NCBI GenBank assembly: GCA_021203665.1
Contig: JAJQAT010000027.1
Location: 1 to 35,398 of the forward strand
Source: Bacillota bacterium
GTDB taxonomy: Bacteria; Bacillota; Clostridia; UBA1381
Reading direction: 5' to 3'
DNA length: 35,398 bases
Positions within the stretch are counted from its first letter, which is position 1. Each line of letters opens with the position of its first letter. The notes beneath the pieces were generated by a model that worked only from the letters and a program-made list of their open reading frames with translations, ran no database searches and was not told where the DNA came from. A program made the translations under genes and the position numbers. Positions 1-10,176 of this stretch are shown here, in pieces.

Positions 1-156
1 ATATGATTATGAAATATTAAAAAACTTGTTAGAAAATAAAAAATCAGGGTAAATATTAAATGTACGTGCGGGAAAATGACCGGTTCAAATGCGAAACAGG
101 TATATTTTTCTGCCGAATGTGTGAAAATAGTACCATTGACAAAGGAAGGTGACGGT

Positions 157-1959
157 GTGCCAAGACGAATATCGGATGATATGATAGCTAAAATTTGCGA
201 TGAAAACGATATAATCGATTATGTTTCGCAATATGTCAGCTTAAAAAAGTCGGGGCGGGATTACAGCGGACTGTGTCCGTTTCATAACGAGAAAACTCCG
301 TCGTTTCACGTCAGCCGCGAAAAGCAGCTTTTTCATTGCTTCGGCTGCGGAGCGAGCGGAAACCTTGTTCAATTCGTAATGAGAACCGAAAACCTTGACT
401 TTGTGGACGCGCTTAAGCTTCTCGCAGACAGAGCGGGAATTATAATTCCCGAGGATGACGGAAATTTCAGCGACGCGAACCACGAAAAGAAAAAACGTAT
501 TTTTGAAATGAACAAGTGCGCCGCAAGATTTTTTTATCAATGCTTAAAGGAAAAATCAATCGGCGAAACAGCTCGGCAATATTTTGTAAAGAGGGGTATT
601 TCGTGGAAAACCGTCACGGTATACGGCTTGGGATACGCGCCGGACAGCCGCGACGCTCTTTTAAAGCATCTCGCGTCAAAGGGATTTAAGACGGGTGAGA
701 TTGTCGAGGCGGGACTTGCCGTAAGCCGCGAGGGAAAAATATACGATAAATTCCGAGGCAGAGTGATGTTCCCGATAATAGACGTCAGAGGAAACGTGAT
801 AGGATTCGGCGGACGCATAATGCACGACAACAAGGATACAAACGGATATAAAATTCCAAAATACCTAAACTCGCCCGAAACGCCGGTGTTTGACAAGGGA
901 AAAAATTTGTTTTCTTTAAATCTTGCCAAAAACGCGAAAGCCGCGGATATTATCCTTTGCGAGGGATATATGGACGTAATATCGGTCTACCAGGCGGGAA
1001 TAAAAAATATTGTCGCCACGCTCGGCACCGCCATTACGGAAAATCAAGCGAAGCTTATGATGCGCTACGCAAACGAGATACTCATTTGCTATGACAGCGA
1101 CGAGGCGGGCACAAAGGCGGCTTTGAGAGCGATAGACATTATAAGCGACGCGGGCGGACGCTCGAGAGTAATACGCCTAAAGAACGCTAAGGACCCTGAT
1201 GAGTACATAAACAAAAACGGAGTTGAAAAATTCAGAGAAACGGTAAACAAAGCCGTTCCGTCAACGGAATTTAAAATTTCGCTGATAAAGAAGCAATACG
1301 ACACAACCGATACCGAGGGCAAAATACAATTCATCGAAGAGGTGGTAAAGGTTTTTGAAAAGCTTAAGGACGCGGTGGAAATCGACGCGTATATAACAAA
1401 GGTGGCGGAGGACACGGGTATAAGCAGGGACGCGATATTAAGCAAATACCGCGAGAAAACCTCAAAAAATACCTACAGAAGAATCCCGCAAAAGACCGAA
1501 TACCAAAAGAAAGCGGAGCGGCGCAATCGTGAGAATACAAGGGATTTAAAGGCTACGGGCGCGCTTATAGAGGCTGAAAAAAGATTGATAGGTCTTATAT
1601 CGCAGAGTAAAAAGCTCTACAAAACAGCGTCGCGCGAGCTTAAAGCCGAGGATTTTTCAACCGACGTTTACAGGCGTCTGGCTAAAAGCATATACGAGTG
1701 CTACGATAACGGCATATCACCCGACGCCGCTATGATTTTAAACGATTTCGGCGGCGACGATATAAGCGAGGCGTCGGAGGTGTTCTATAATTTGGAGGTC
1801 TACAACGGTGACGAGGCAACCGTCAGAGAGCTTTTATATACAATAAAACTTGAAAAGCTGAATATTCGCATAAATTCCGAAACAAACGCCGCCGCTCTTG
1901 CGCGGCTGTTCACGGAACGCGAAAGGGTGCTTGAGGAAAAAAATACTTGGGAGGAATAA
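157..1959 (+). CDS. dnaG: DNA primase
   Basis: CHC2 zinc finger [11 protein letters not shown]...[27 protein letters not shown] motifs EGYMD and YDSDEAG. Start moved from ORF-track 76 to in-frame GTG 157, which follows AAGGAAGGTGA. Confidence 0.96.
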   Translation: MPRRISDDMIAKICDENDIIDYVSQYVSLKKSGRDYSGLCPFHNEKTPSFHVSREKQLFHCFGCGASGNLVQFVMRTENLDFVDALKLLADRAGIIIPEDDGNFSDANHEKKKRIFEMNKCAARFFYQCLKEKSIGETARQYFVKRGISWKTVTVYGLGYAPDSRDALLKHLASKGFKTGEIVEAGLAVSREGKIYDKFRGRVMFPIIDVRGNVIGFGGRIMHDNKDTNGYKIPKYLNSPETPVFDKGKNLFSLNLAKNAKAADIILCEGYMDVISVYQAGIKNIVATLGTAITENQAKLMMRYANEILICYDSDEAGTKAALRAIDIISDAGGRSRVIRLKNAKDPDEYINKNGVEKFRETVNKAVPSTEFKISLIKKQYDTTDTEGKIQFIEEVVKVFEKLKDAVEIDAYITKVAEDTGISRDAILSKYREKTSKNTYRRIPQKTEYQKKAERRNRENTRDLKATGALIEAEKRLIGLISQSKKLYKTASRELKAEDFSTDVYRRLAKSIYECYDNGISPDAAMILNDFGGDDISEASEVFYNLEVYNGDEATVRELLYTIKLEKLNIRINSETNAAALARLFTERERVLEEKNTWEE

Positions 1960-1964
1960 CAATA

Positions 1965-3134
1965 ATGCTTGAGAAAAAGAAAGCAATCAAAAAGGAGCTT
2001 GTCGAAAAGGGTAAGAAAAAAGGGGTTCTTACCTATAAAGAGGTTACGGATTCCTTTGACGATGTTGAAATCACGTCGGAGGAAATGGAGCATCTGTACG
2101 ACAGGTTCGAAAAAGAGGGAATAGAAGTTGTCGAGGATATGGACAAGGAGCTTGAGGAAATCGAGGTATCAAAGGAGGAGCTTGAGGATTTGTCCGTCCC
2201 CGAGGGCATTAATATCGACGACCACGTAAAGATGTACCTAAAGGAGATAGGCAAGGTGGACCTGCTTACCGCCGAAGAGGAGCTTGCTTTGGCAAAGAGA
2301 ATGGCTGACGGCGAGGAGGCAAAGCGCCGTCTTGAAGAGAGCGAGGCAAGCGAGGAGGACGAGCTTAGCGGCGAGGAAAAGGAAAGACTTGATTTTCTTG
2401 TTGCCGACGGCGAAAAGGCGAAAAAGAGCCTTGCCGAGGCAAATCTGCGCCTTGTCGTAAGCATTGCCAAGCGTTATGTGGGACGCGGTATGCTGTTCCT
2501 TGACCTTATCCAGGAGGGCAATTTGGGACTTATAAAGGCGGTTGACAAGTTCGATTATACAAAGGGATATAAATTTTCCACATATGCCACATGGTGGATA
2601 AGACAGGCTATCACGCGCGCGATTGCCGACCAGGCGAGGACAATCAGAATACCGGTTCATATGGTTGAAACGATAAATAAGCTTGTGAGAGTATCGAGAC
2701 AGCTTGTGCAGGAGCTCGGACGCGAGCCTACCCCCGAGGAGCTTGCAAAGGAATTGAATATGCCGGTTGAAAAGGTGCGCGAAATTTCAAAAATATCTCA
2801 GGAGCCGGTGTCTTTGGAAACGCCGATAGGCGAGGAGGAGGACAGCCATTTGGGCGACTTTATCCCTGATGACGACGCGCCCGCTCCGTCCGAGGCGGCA
2901 AGCTTTGTTCTTTTAAAGGAGCAGCTAAACGACGTTTTGAAAACGCTTACGCCGCGCGAGGCTAAGGTTTTAAGACTGCGCTTCGGTCTTGACGACGGAA
3001 GAGCGAGAACCTTGGAGGAGGTCGGCAAGGAGTTTGAGGTCACAAGGGAGAGAATAAGACAAATCGAGGCGAAAGCACTCAGAAAGCTCCGCCACCCGAG
3101 CAGGAGCAAAAAACTCAAGGACTTTTTGGATTAA
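1965..3134 (+). CDS. sigA: RNA polymerase primary sigma factor SigA/RpoD
   Basis: Region 1.2 [11 protein letters not shown], region 2 [12 protein letters not shown] and [28 protein letters not shown], region 4 [20 protein letters not shown]; directly after dnaG. ATG 1965 follows GGAGGA at 1950-1955. Confidence 0.97.
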   Translation: MLEKKKAIKKELVEKGKKKGVLTYKEVTDSFDDVEITSEEMEHLYDRFEKEGIEVVEDMDKELEEIEVSKEELEDLSVPEGINIDDHVKMYLKEIGKVDLLTAEEELALAKRMADGEEAKRRLEESEASEEDELSGEEKERLDFLVADGEKAKKSLAEANLRLVVSIAKRYVGRGMLFLDLIQEGNLGLIKAVDKFDYTKGYKFSTYATWWIRQAITRAIADQARTIRIPVHMVETINKLVRVSRQLVQELGREPTPEELAKELNMPVEKVREISKISQEPVSLETPIGEEEDSHLGDFIPDDDAPAPSEAASFVLLKEQLNDVLKTLTPREAKVLRLRFGLDDGRARTLEEVGKEFEVTRERIRQIEAKALRKLRHPSRSKKLKDFLD

Positions 3135-3185
3135 CGGCGATTAACAGCGATTGTCAAATACTACAATTAACATCGGAGGATAAAA

Positions 3186-4154
3186 ATGGATTGGATTAAG
3201 GTTACGATATTCACCTCATCCGAGGGAATAGAGCCGGTAAGCGGCAGATTGTATCAGCTCGGAATAACGGGAGTTGAGATAGCGGACGAGCGGGATTTCA
3301 AGGATTTCCTTGAGAACAACAAGCAGTATTGGGACTACGTTGACGACGATTTGATAAAGGAAAAAGAGGGCGAAACCACGGTCACGGCGTATGTCAGCGA
3401 CAATGCCGCGGGAAATGAAACGCTTATGGCGATACGCAACACCATCGCGGAGCTGAAGCTGCTTGACGACGAAAACGAATTCGGCAGACTGGAAATTGAA
3501 GTCAATAACACAAAGGAAGAGGACTGGGCGAATAATTGGAAGAAATATTTTCACCCGCTTGAGGTCGGCGAAAGGGTTATGATAAAGCCCGAATGGGAGG
3601 AGCTTGCAAAGCCGACGGACAGAATCGTGTTCAATATAAATCCCGGAATGAGCTTTGGCACCGGCTCTCATTATACCACTCAATTATGTATAGAAAATCT
3701 TGAAAAATTCGTTAAGCCGGGCATTAAGGTTCTTGACCTCGGCTGCGGCAGCGGAATACTGTCTATTATATCGCTTTTGCTTGGCGCGGACAAGGCGTTC
3801 GCGGTCGATATAGACCCGAACGCGGTTGATATTGCGTACCAAAACGCGGAGCTTAACGGCATTGACAAGGCAAAATACACGGTAAAAGCGGGAGATATTA
3901 TAACAAACGAGGCACTGCAAAACGAAATCACGCGGGAAAAGTACGACGTAGTTCTCGCGAATATCGTAGCCGATGTTATAATCGCGCTCGCGCCTAAGGC
4001 TAAGGAATATATGAAGGAGGACGGAGTATTTATCACCTCCGGCATAATAGAGGACAGAATAGACGATGTAAAGGACGCGCTGACAAGATGCGGCTTTAAG
4101 ATTGAAAGCGTTAAGCAGAGAAAGGACTGGGCATCTATCGTATGCGTAAACTAA
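3186..4154 (+). CDS. prmA: Ribosomal protein L11 methyltransferase
   Basis: EEDWANNWKKYFHP, INPGMSFGTGSHYTT, SAM motif VLDLGCGSGILS, VLANI, SGII; RBS GGAGG upstream. Confidence 0.95.
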   Translation: MDWIKVTIFTSSEGIEPVSGRLYQLGITGVEIADERDFKDFLENNKQYWDYVDDDLIKEKEGETTVTAYVSDNAAGNETLMAIRNTIAELKLLDDENEFGRLEIEVNNTKEEDWANNWKKYFHPLEVGERVMIKPEWEELAKPTDRIVFNINPGMSFGTGSHYTTQLCIENLEKFVKPGIKVLDLGCGSGILSIISLLLGADKAFAVDIDPNAVDIAYQNAELNGIDKAKYTVKAGDIITNEALQNEITREKYDVVLANIVADVIIALAPKAKEYMKEDGVFITSGIIEDRIDDVKDALTRCGFKIESVKQRKDWASIVCVN

Positions 4155-5266
4155 GGGATAATATATTTCACGTCGGAACGGCAGGTTCAAACGCGTACCT
4201 TGTAAAGGGCGAAAAAACCGCGCTGATAGACGCGGTGCGCGAGGAATACGCCGATATATACATACAAAATATAGAGGAAATAATGCCCGTGTCCGAGATT
4301 GACTATATAATATTCAATCATACCGAGCCGAATTGCTCCGGCGCGGCGGGCAAAATACTGGAAATAAATCCCGACATTGAGGTCGTGGGAACGATTGCCG
4401 CGATAAAGAATTTAAAGGAAATAACCAATACAACCTTTAACGAGCATATAGCGAAAAACGGCGCGGTGATAGACCTCGGAAACGGCGCGGCGCTCAGGTT
4501 TTGCATCGTTCCCAACCTTAACTGGCCGGACACAATGGCAACATATTCCGAAAATGACAGGGTATTGTTCAGCGGCGATATTTTCGGCTCGAATTATATC
4601 GGCGCCGCGGATAATTCGGAGGAATACAATGACGCGCTGAAAGCGTACTTTGATGATATTATTTCGCCGTTCAAGCCGTTCGCGGCAAAGGCAATGGAAA
4701 AGATTTCTTTATTTGAAATTGACGCCGTATATCCGTCGCGCGGAGCGGTCATTGAAAATAACGCGGACGCTGTTATAAAAAAATACGCGGAGTGGAGCAA
4801 GCCGATGGAAAGGACAGTGAAAACCGCGTCGGTTTTCTACGTGTCCGAATACGGCTATACCGCGGCTATGGCGGACACCGTTTGCGCTGCGCTCTCGGAG
4901 AGCGGCTTTGAGGTGAAACGCTTTAACGCCGCCGAATGTGACGAGGCGGAAATGCTCCGCGCGCTCAACGCGTCGGACGCGCTCGCGTTCGGAACGCACA
5001 CAATAAACCGAAACGCGGCAAAGCCGATATTGAATATTATTTCGTCGCTGGATTTGGTGAGTATGAACGCCGCGCCTTGTATGGTGTTCGGCTCCTACGG
5101 CTGGAGCGGCGAGGGAATACATATTGTCCATAATCAGCTCGCGATGATGCGGCTTAAGCCGTTTGAAAAGCCGTTCGGATGTATTTTAAAGCCGTCGCGG
5201 GAAACGCTTGGGGAGCTTGAGCGGTACACGAGGAAATTCGCAGACCGCGCTTTGACGAATATATGA
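4142..5266 (+). CDS. FprA/flavodiiron-family protein (metallo-beta-lactamase fold + flavodoxin) with degenerate iron ligands
   Basis: NAYLVKGEKTALID, IDYIIFNHTEPNCSG, WPDTM, LFSGDIFG, flavodoxin SEYGYT and FGSYGWSGEG. Overlaps the prmA end by 13 nt. Confidence 0.85.
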   Translation: MRKLRDNIFHVGTAGSNAYLVKGEKTALIDAVREEYADIYIQNIEEIMPVSEIDYIIFNHTEPNCSGAAGKILEINPDIEVVGTIAAIKNLKEITNTTFNEHIAKNGAVIDLGNGAALRFCIVPNLNWPDTMATYSENDRVLFSGDIFGSNYIGAADNSEEYNDALKAYFDDIISPFKPFAAKAMEKISLFEIDAVYPSRGAVIENNADAVIKKYAEWSKPMERTVKTASVFYVSEYGYTAAMADTVCAALSESGFEVKRFNAAECDEAEMLRALNASDALAFGTHTINRNAAKPILNIISSLDLVSMNAAPCMVFGSYGWSGEGIHIVHNQLAMMRLKPFEKPFGCILKPSRETLGELERYTRKFADRALTNI

Positions 5267-5301
5267 TGATAAAATAAATATCATTAAAATGAAAATTTCT
5301 A

Positions 5302-5330
5302 TTGATTTATTACCGAAAATAGTATAAAAT
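5302..5330 (+). promoter_or_regulatory. Putative sigmaA promoter of pgi
   Basis: TTGATT (5302-5307), 17 bp, TAAAAT (5325-5330) in an AT-rich intergenic region. Confidence 0.55.
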
Positions 5331-5379
5331 AATATATAATAAGGTATGGGAATTTATTAATATTTTAGGAGGAAGAACA

Positions 5380-6732
5380 ATGAGCAATTTAAGTTTTGAC
5401 TATTCAAAAGCGCTCCCGTTTGTCGGCCGGCACGAAATCGACAATATGGCGGGTTATGTTAAAGAGGCGCACGAAATGCTTCATAACAAAACCGGAGCCG
5501 GCAATGATTATTTGGGCTGGGTAAATTTGCCGACGGATTATGATAAAGAGGAATTTGCAAGAATAAAGAAAGCCGCGGAAAAAATCCGCTCGGATTCCGA
5601 TGTTCTTGTTGTAATCGGAATAGGCGGTTCGTATCTCGGCGCGAGAGCGGCGGTGGAAATGCTTCAGCATTCATTCTATAACGCGCTTGACGCCGACAAG
5701 AGAAAGGGACCCGCCGTTTTCTTTGCGGGAAATAATATCAGCTCGACATATATGGCTGATTTGCTTGAAACCATAGACGGCAAGGATATTTCCGTAAATG
5801 TAATTTCAAAGTCGGGAACAACCACCGAGCCGGCGATAGCCTTCAGAATATTCAAGGATTTGCTTGAAAAGAAGTACGGCAAGGCTGAGGCGGCTAAGAG
5901 AATATACGCCACCACGGATAAATCGCGCGGCGCGCTTAAAACGCTTGCGGATTCCGAGGGATATGAAACCTTTGTCGTTCCCGATGATGTCGGAGGAAGA
6001 TATTCGGTTCTCACGGCGGTAGGACTTTTGCCGATTGCCGCGGCGGGAATAGATATTGACAAGATGATGCAGGGCGCCAAGGAGGCGCAGGACGAGTACG
6101 CAAACCCGAATCTTGCGGAAAATCAATGCTATCAGTACGCGGCTGTAAGAAACTGCCTTGCAAGAAAGGGCAAGACCGTTGAAATGATGGTTAATTACGA
6201 GCCGGCTCTTCATTATTTCGGCGAATGGTGGAAACAGCTTTACGGCGAGAGCGAGGGCAAGGACAACAAGGGTATATTCCCGGCGGCGGCTGATTTTTCA
6301 AGCGATTTGCACTCAATGGGACAGTATATTCAGCAGGGACAAAGAATCCTTTTCGAAACGGCTTTGCTTGTTGAAAATCCGCGCAAGAATATTGAAATTC
6401 TCGCTACAGAGGATAATATTGACGGCTTGAATTTCCTTGCCGGCAACACAATCGACTATGTAAACTCAAAGGCGGCTCAGGGAACGGCGCTCGCGCATAC
6501 CGACGGACAGGTTCCGAATCTTGCCGTTACAATTCCCGCGCTTGACGCTTATAATTTCGGCAAGCTTGTATATTTCTTTGAAAAGGCTTGCGGAATTTCC
6601 GGTTATCTTTTGGGCGTCAATCCGTTTGACCAGCCGGGCGTTGAGGCGTATAAGAAGAATATGTTCGCGCTTTTGGGCAAGCCCGGATATGAGGACGCAA
6701 AAGCGGCTCTTGAGGAGAGATTGGCTAAATAA
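5380..6732 (+). CDS. pgi: Glucose-6-phosphate isomerase
   Basis: [60 protein letters not shown]; RBS AGGAGG. Confidence 0.97.
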   Translation: MSNLSFDYSKALPFVGRHEIDNMAGYVKEAHEMLHNKTGAGNDYLGWVNLPTDYDKEEFARIKKAAEKIRSDSDVLVVIGIGGSYLGARAAVEMLQHSFYNALDADKRKGPAVFFAGNNISSTYMADLLETIDGKDISVNVISKSGTTTEPAIAFRIFKDLLEKKYGKAEAAKRIYATTDKSRGALKTLADSEGYETFVVPDDVGGRYSVLTAVGLLPIAAAGIDIDKMMQGAKEAQDEYANPNLAENQCYQYAAVRNCLARKGKTVEMMVNYEPALHYFGEWWKQLYGESEGKDNKGIFPAAADFSSDLHSMGQYIQQGQRILFETALLVENPRKNIEILATEDNIDGLNFLAGNTIDYVNSKAAQGTALAHTDGQVPNLAVTIPALDAYNFGKLVYFFEKACGISGYLLGVNPFDQPGVEAYKKNMFALLGKPGYEDAKAALEERLAK

Positions 6733-6790
6733 GTTAAAAAGAGAGTAAAATCTCAAAATATAAAATTATTATCAAAGGAGGAAGATTAAC

Positions 6791-7201
6791 ATGGTTGAAC
6801 TTCTTATTGGAAAAAAAGGCACCGGAAAAACAAAGGCGCTTATTGAAAAGGTAAATAACGCTTTGACAGTGGCAAAGGGTAATGTTGTGTATATCAGCAA
6901 TACCGGTGAAAATATGTTTGCCATCAAATCAAAGGCAAGAATGGCGGATACGTCGGAATTTAATATAGATTCATATGACGAATTTCTCGGATTTATCTGC
7001 GGAATTATAAGCCGCGATTTTGATATTACAAATATTTTTGTTGACGGAATATTCAAGATTGTCGGATCGGATAATCTTGACGGCTTCGAGGAGTTTTTGA
7101 ACAGACTTGAGTCGCTGGGACAGAAATTCCATATCGATTTCGTGATTTCCGTCAGCATAGACGCTGATTCCGCGCCCGATTACATAAAGAAATTAGCGTA
7201 A
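6791..7201 (+). CDS. Small P-loop NTPase-like protein of unknown function
   Basis: N-terminal Walker A GKKGTGKT, Walker-B-like NIFVDG; RBS AAGGAGG. Confidence 0.75.
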   Translation: MVELLIGKKGTGKTKALIEKVNNALTVAKGNVVYISNTGENMFAIKSKARMADTSEFNIDSYDEFLGFICGIISRDFDITNIFVDGIFKIVGSDNLDGFEEFLNRLESLGQKFHIDFVISVSIDADSAPDYIKKLA

Positions 7202-7232
7202 TATAGGCGCGCAGCCGTTAATAACGGAACTA

Positions 7233-7270
7233 AAATTCAGGGACGGAGGCGTCCCTGAATTTCTGATTTA
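7233..7270 (+). terminator. Intrinsic terminator-like hairpin upstream of thrC
   Basis: Perfect 13-bp stem AAATTCAGGGACG-GAGG-CGTCCCTGAATTT followed by CTGATTT. Confidence 0.7.
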
Positions 7271-7292
7271 ATTAATTTGGAGGTTAAGCACA

Positions 7293-8795
7293 ATGCAGTA
7301 TCAAAGTACGAGGGATAAAAGCATTTCGGTAAGCTCCGCTCAGGCTATAAAAACGGGACTGAGCGCGGACGGGGGTTTGTTTGTACCCGAGAGCTTCCCT
7401 TCGGTAAGTTTGGATGAAATAAAAAATCTTGCGTCAAAGTCCTATAACGAAAGAGCGTATTTCGTTTTGAGCAAATTTCTTACGGACTTTACGGAGGAGG
7501 AATTGAAAAAGTGTATAGACAGCGCGTATACAAAGGAAAAGTTTGAAACAGACAGTATCGCGCCCGTTTATAAGCTGAATGATTCGGCTTATTTCCTTGA
7601 GCTGTGGCACGGTCCCACGTGCGCGTTTAAGGATATGGCTTTGCAAATTCTTCCGCATCTTCTCACAACGTCCATGAAAAAGACAAACGAGGATAAGGAA
7701 ATAGTTATCCTTGTCGCGACATCCGGCGATACGGGCAAGGCGGCATTGGAGGGATTCAAGGACGTTCCGGGCACAAGAATTATCGTGTTCTATCCCGATA
7801 ACGGCGTAAGCGAGATTCAAAAGCTTCAGATGGTCACGCAGGACGGAAACAACGTAAGCGTGGCGGCGGTAAAGGGTAATTTTGACGACGCTCAAAACGG
7901 AGTAAAGAAGATATTCACCGATGTTGAATACAAAAATCTTCTTGAAAGAAACCGCTTCAAGCTCTCGTCGGCAAACTCAATCAACTGGGGCAGACTTGTT
8001 CCGCAGATTGTATATTATTTTTCCGCGTATGCCGAGCTTTACAAGAATAAGGAAATAGAGGCGGGCGAAAAGATAAACGTCGTTGTGCCGACGGGTAATT
8101 TCGGAAACATTCTCGCGGCGTATTACGCCAAGAAAATGGGACTGCCGATTAATAGGTTTATCTGCGCGTCAAACGAGAACAATGTGTTGACCGACTTTAT
8201 AAAAACCGGTGTTTACAATAAAAACAGAGATTTCCATACGACAATTTCGCCGTCAATGGATATTCTGATTTCAAGCAACCTTGAAAGATTTTTGTATGAC
8301 CTCACGGGCGGCGACGACACCGTGATAAAGGAATGGATGAATGAGCTTAACACAACCGGCACCTATGAAGTCACGGCGGACGTAAAGGAAAAAATGCAGA
8401 GTATGTTCTGCGCGGACTGCTGCGACGACAGCGAAACAATGGCGGCAATAAAGAAGTGCGCCGAGGAATATGATTATGTAATGGACACGCATACCGCCGT
8501 GGCAAAGGCTGTATACGATAAGTACACCGCTCAGACGGGCGATAACACAAAAACCGTTATCGCGTCAACCGCAAGTCCGTTCAAGTTCAATCAAAGCGTG
8601 CTTATCGCGCTTAAGGATCACAACGCGGTTGTAGGCAAGGACGAGTTTACGCTGTTAAAGGAGCTTTCGGAGGAGAGCAATATGAAAATTCCGAAATCCC
8701 TGTTTGAGCTTAAGGATAAATCCGTTATGTTCGACCTTGTATGCAAAAAGGATGAGATGCAGCAAATAGTAAGCGATTTCCTGATGGTTGAATAA
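7293..8795 (+). CDS. thrC: Threonine synthase
   Basis: YQSTR, GLSADGGLFVP, LELWHGPTCAFKD (PLP lysine), ATSGDTG, SANSINWGRL, VPTGNFGN, SPSMDILISSNLER. Confidence 0.96.
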   Translation: MQYQSTRDKSISVSSAQAIKTGLSADGGLFVPESFPSVSLDEIKNLASKSYNERAYFVLSKFLTDFTEEELKKCIDSAYTKEKFETDSIAPVYKLNDSAYFLELWHGPTCAFKDMALQILPHLLTTSMKKTNEDKEIVILVATSGDTGKAALEGFKDVPGTRIIVFYPDNGVSEIQKLQMVTQDGNNVSVAAVKGNFDDAQNGVKKIFTDVEYKNLLERNRFKLSSANSINWGRLVPQIVYYFSAYAELYKNKEIEAGEKINVVVPTGNFGNILAAYYAKKMGLPINRFICASNENNVLTDFIKTGVYNKNRDFHTTISPSMDILISSNLERFLYDLTGGDDTVIKEWMNELNTTGTYEVTADVKEKMQSMFCADCCDDSETMAAIKKCAEEYDYVMDTHTAVAKAVYDKYTAQTGDNTKTVIASTASPFKFNQSVLIALKDHNAVVGKDEFTLLKELSEESNMKIPKSLFELKDKSVMFDLVCKKDEMQQIVSDFLMVE

Positions 8796-8839
8796 TTGAT
8801 TTTAGGGATGATTTTTAAATATTTCAAAGGAGGGTGTAT

Positions 8840-10129
8840 ATGCGCTCGGTAACCGATACAAAAAATGCCATTATCAACGGCGAATATAACGATAAGCTGA
8901 AATATTTGTATTCCTGCGGCGACGGCGATGTTAAGCAGTACGCGGAAAGATATATTGACGTTATAGACGGATTTGAGGAAATTTTCGGCGAGGGCGGCGA
9001 TATAGCGCTTTTCTCGGCACCCGGAAGAACCGAGATAGGCGGCAATCACACCGACCACCAGCACGGCTGTGTGCTTGCCGGAGGTGTGAATCTTGACGTC
9101 ATTTCCGCCGCGCGTCCGAACGGAACAAACACGGTCAGAATAAAATCCAGAAATTACAAAATGGACGTTATTGAGCTTGACGACCTTGAAATACACGAGG
9201 AGCAGTTTGATAAGGCAATCGCGCTGATACGCGGCGTTATCAAAAAATTTGTTGACAACGGATACGAGGTAAAGGGCTTTGACGCGTACACCACGTCGAA
9301 CGTGCTTAAGGGCTCGGGACTTTCGTCCTCGGCGGCGTTCGAGGTGCTTGTCGGAACGATAATCAACGGTCTGTTCGCGAACGGCGAGGTCAGTCCGATT
9401 GAAATAGCCAAGTTTGGGCAATTTGCGGAAAACGTGTATTATGACAAGCCGAGCGGACTTATGGACCAGATGGCGTCATCCGTCGGCTCCGTTGTGGCGA
9501 TAGACTTCAAAAGCACGGAGGAGCCTGTTGTAAGCAAGGTTGACTTTGATTTGCAAAAGCACGGTCACGCGCTTTGCATAATAGATTCCGGCGCCGACCA
9601 CGCGGATTTAACAAATGAATACGCGGCTGTTCCCGCCGATATGAAGGAGGTTGCCGCATATTTCGGCAAGGAATATCTTCGCGAGGTCGATAAGCGGGAA
9701 TTTATGGATAATATAAAAAATATCCGTGAGAAAATACATAACGACAGAGCGGTTCTGCGCGCACTGCACTTTTTCAATGAAAACGAAAGAGCGCAGGCGG
9801 AGGTTAAGGCATTGCGGGATAACGACTTTGAGCTGTTCAAAAGGCTCGTGAGGGAGTCGGGGCAGTCGTCATATATGTATCTTCAGAATGTGTTCGCGCC
9901 GAGTATGCCGAAAAATCAGGCGGTATCGCTCACGCTGGCGCTTTGCGGCGAAATCCTCGGCGAAAGGGGCGCGTACCGCGTACACGGAGGCGGCTTTGCC
10001 GGTACCGTGCAGGCGTTTGTGCCGTTTGATATGCTGGAGGAATTTAAGAGCAAAATCGAGTCCGTTCTCGGAGAGAATATGTGCCATATTCTTTCGATAC
10101 GTCCGGTGGGCGGATATGAAATTAAATAA
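8840..10129 (+). CDS. galK: Galactokinase-like GHMP sugar kinase
   Basis: APGRTEIGGNHTDH, GSGLSSSAA, AEN...KPSGLMDQ, RVHGGGFAG. ATG 8840 follows AAGGAGGG. Family is secure; substrate is less so. Confidence 0.8.
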   Translation: MRSVTDTKNAIINGEYNDKLKYLYSCGDGDVKQYAERYIDVIDGFEEIFGEGGDIALFSAPGRTEIGGNHTDHQHGCVLAGGVNLDVISAARPNGTNTVRIKSRNYKMDVIELDDLEIHEEQFDKAIALIRGVIKKFVDNGYEVKGFDAYTTSNVLKGSGLSSSAAFEVLVGTIINGLFANGEVSPIEIAKFGQFAENVYYDKPSGLMDQMASSVGSVVAIDFKSTEEPVVSKVDFDLQKHGHALCIIDSGADHADLTNEYAAVPADMKEVAAYFGKEYLREVDKREFMDNIKNIREKIHNDRAVLRALHFFNENERAQAEVKALRDNDFELFKRLVRESGQSSYMYLQNVFAPSMPKNQAVSLTLALCGEILGERGAYRVHGGGFAGTVQAFVPFDMLEEFKSKIESVLGENMCHILSIRPVGGYEIK

Positions 10130-10138
10130 TTGAACGTG

Positions 10139-10173
10139 AAAACAGACTGTGAATTAATTCCGGTCTGTTTTTT
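10139..10173 (+). terminator. Intrinsic terminator after the kinase gene
   Basis: AAAACAGACTG...CGGTCTGTTTTTT hairpin with T tail. Confidence 0.75.
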
Positions 10174-10176
10174 GTG

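Noticed and set aside
76-156. N-terminal extension of DnaG (likewise ORF-track extensions of the CdaR, ogg and deacetylase genes)
   Set aside because: Downstream starts have better RBS or promoter context; the extensions are translated leader sequence.
3131-3152. Tandem 10-mer TTAACGGCGA/TTAACAGCGA at the sigA stop
   Set aside because: Only two imperfect copies; likely a small local duplication with no supportable function.
8840-10129. Kinase after thrC as homoserine kinase ThrB
   Set aside because: Length of about 430 aa and GR...HTD and GLMDQ motifs are GalK-like; the ThrB PATSANLGPGFD-type motif is absent.
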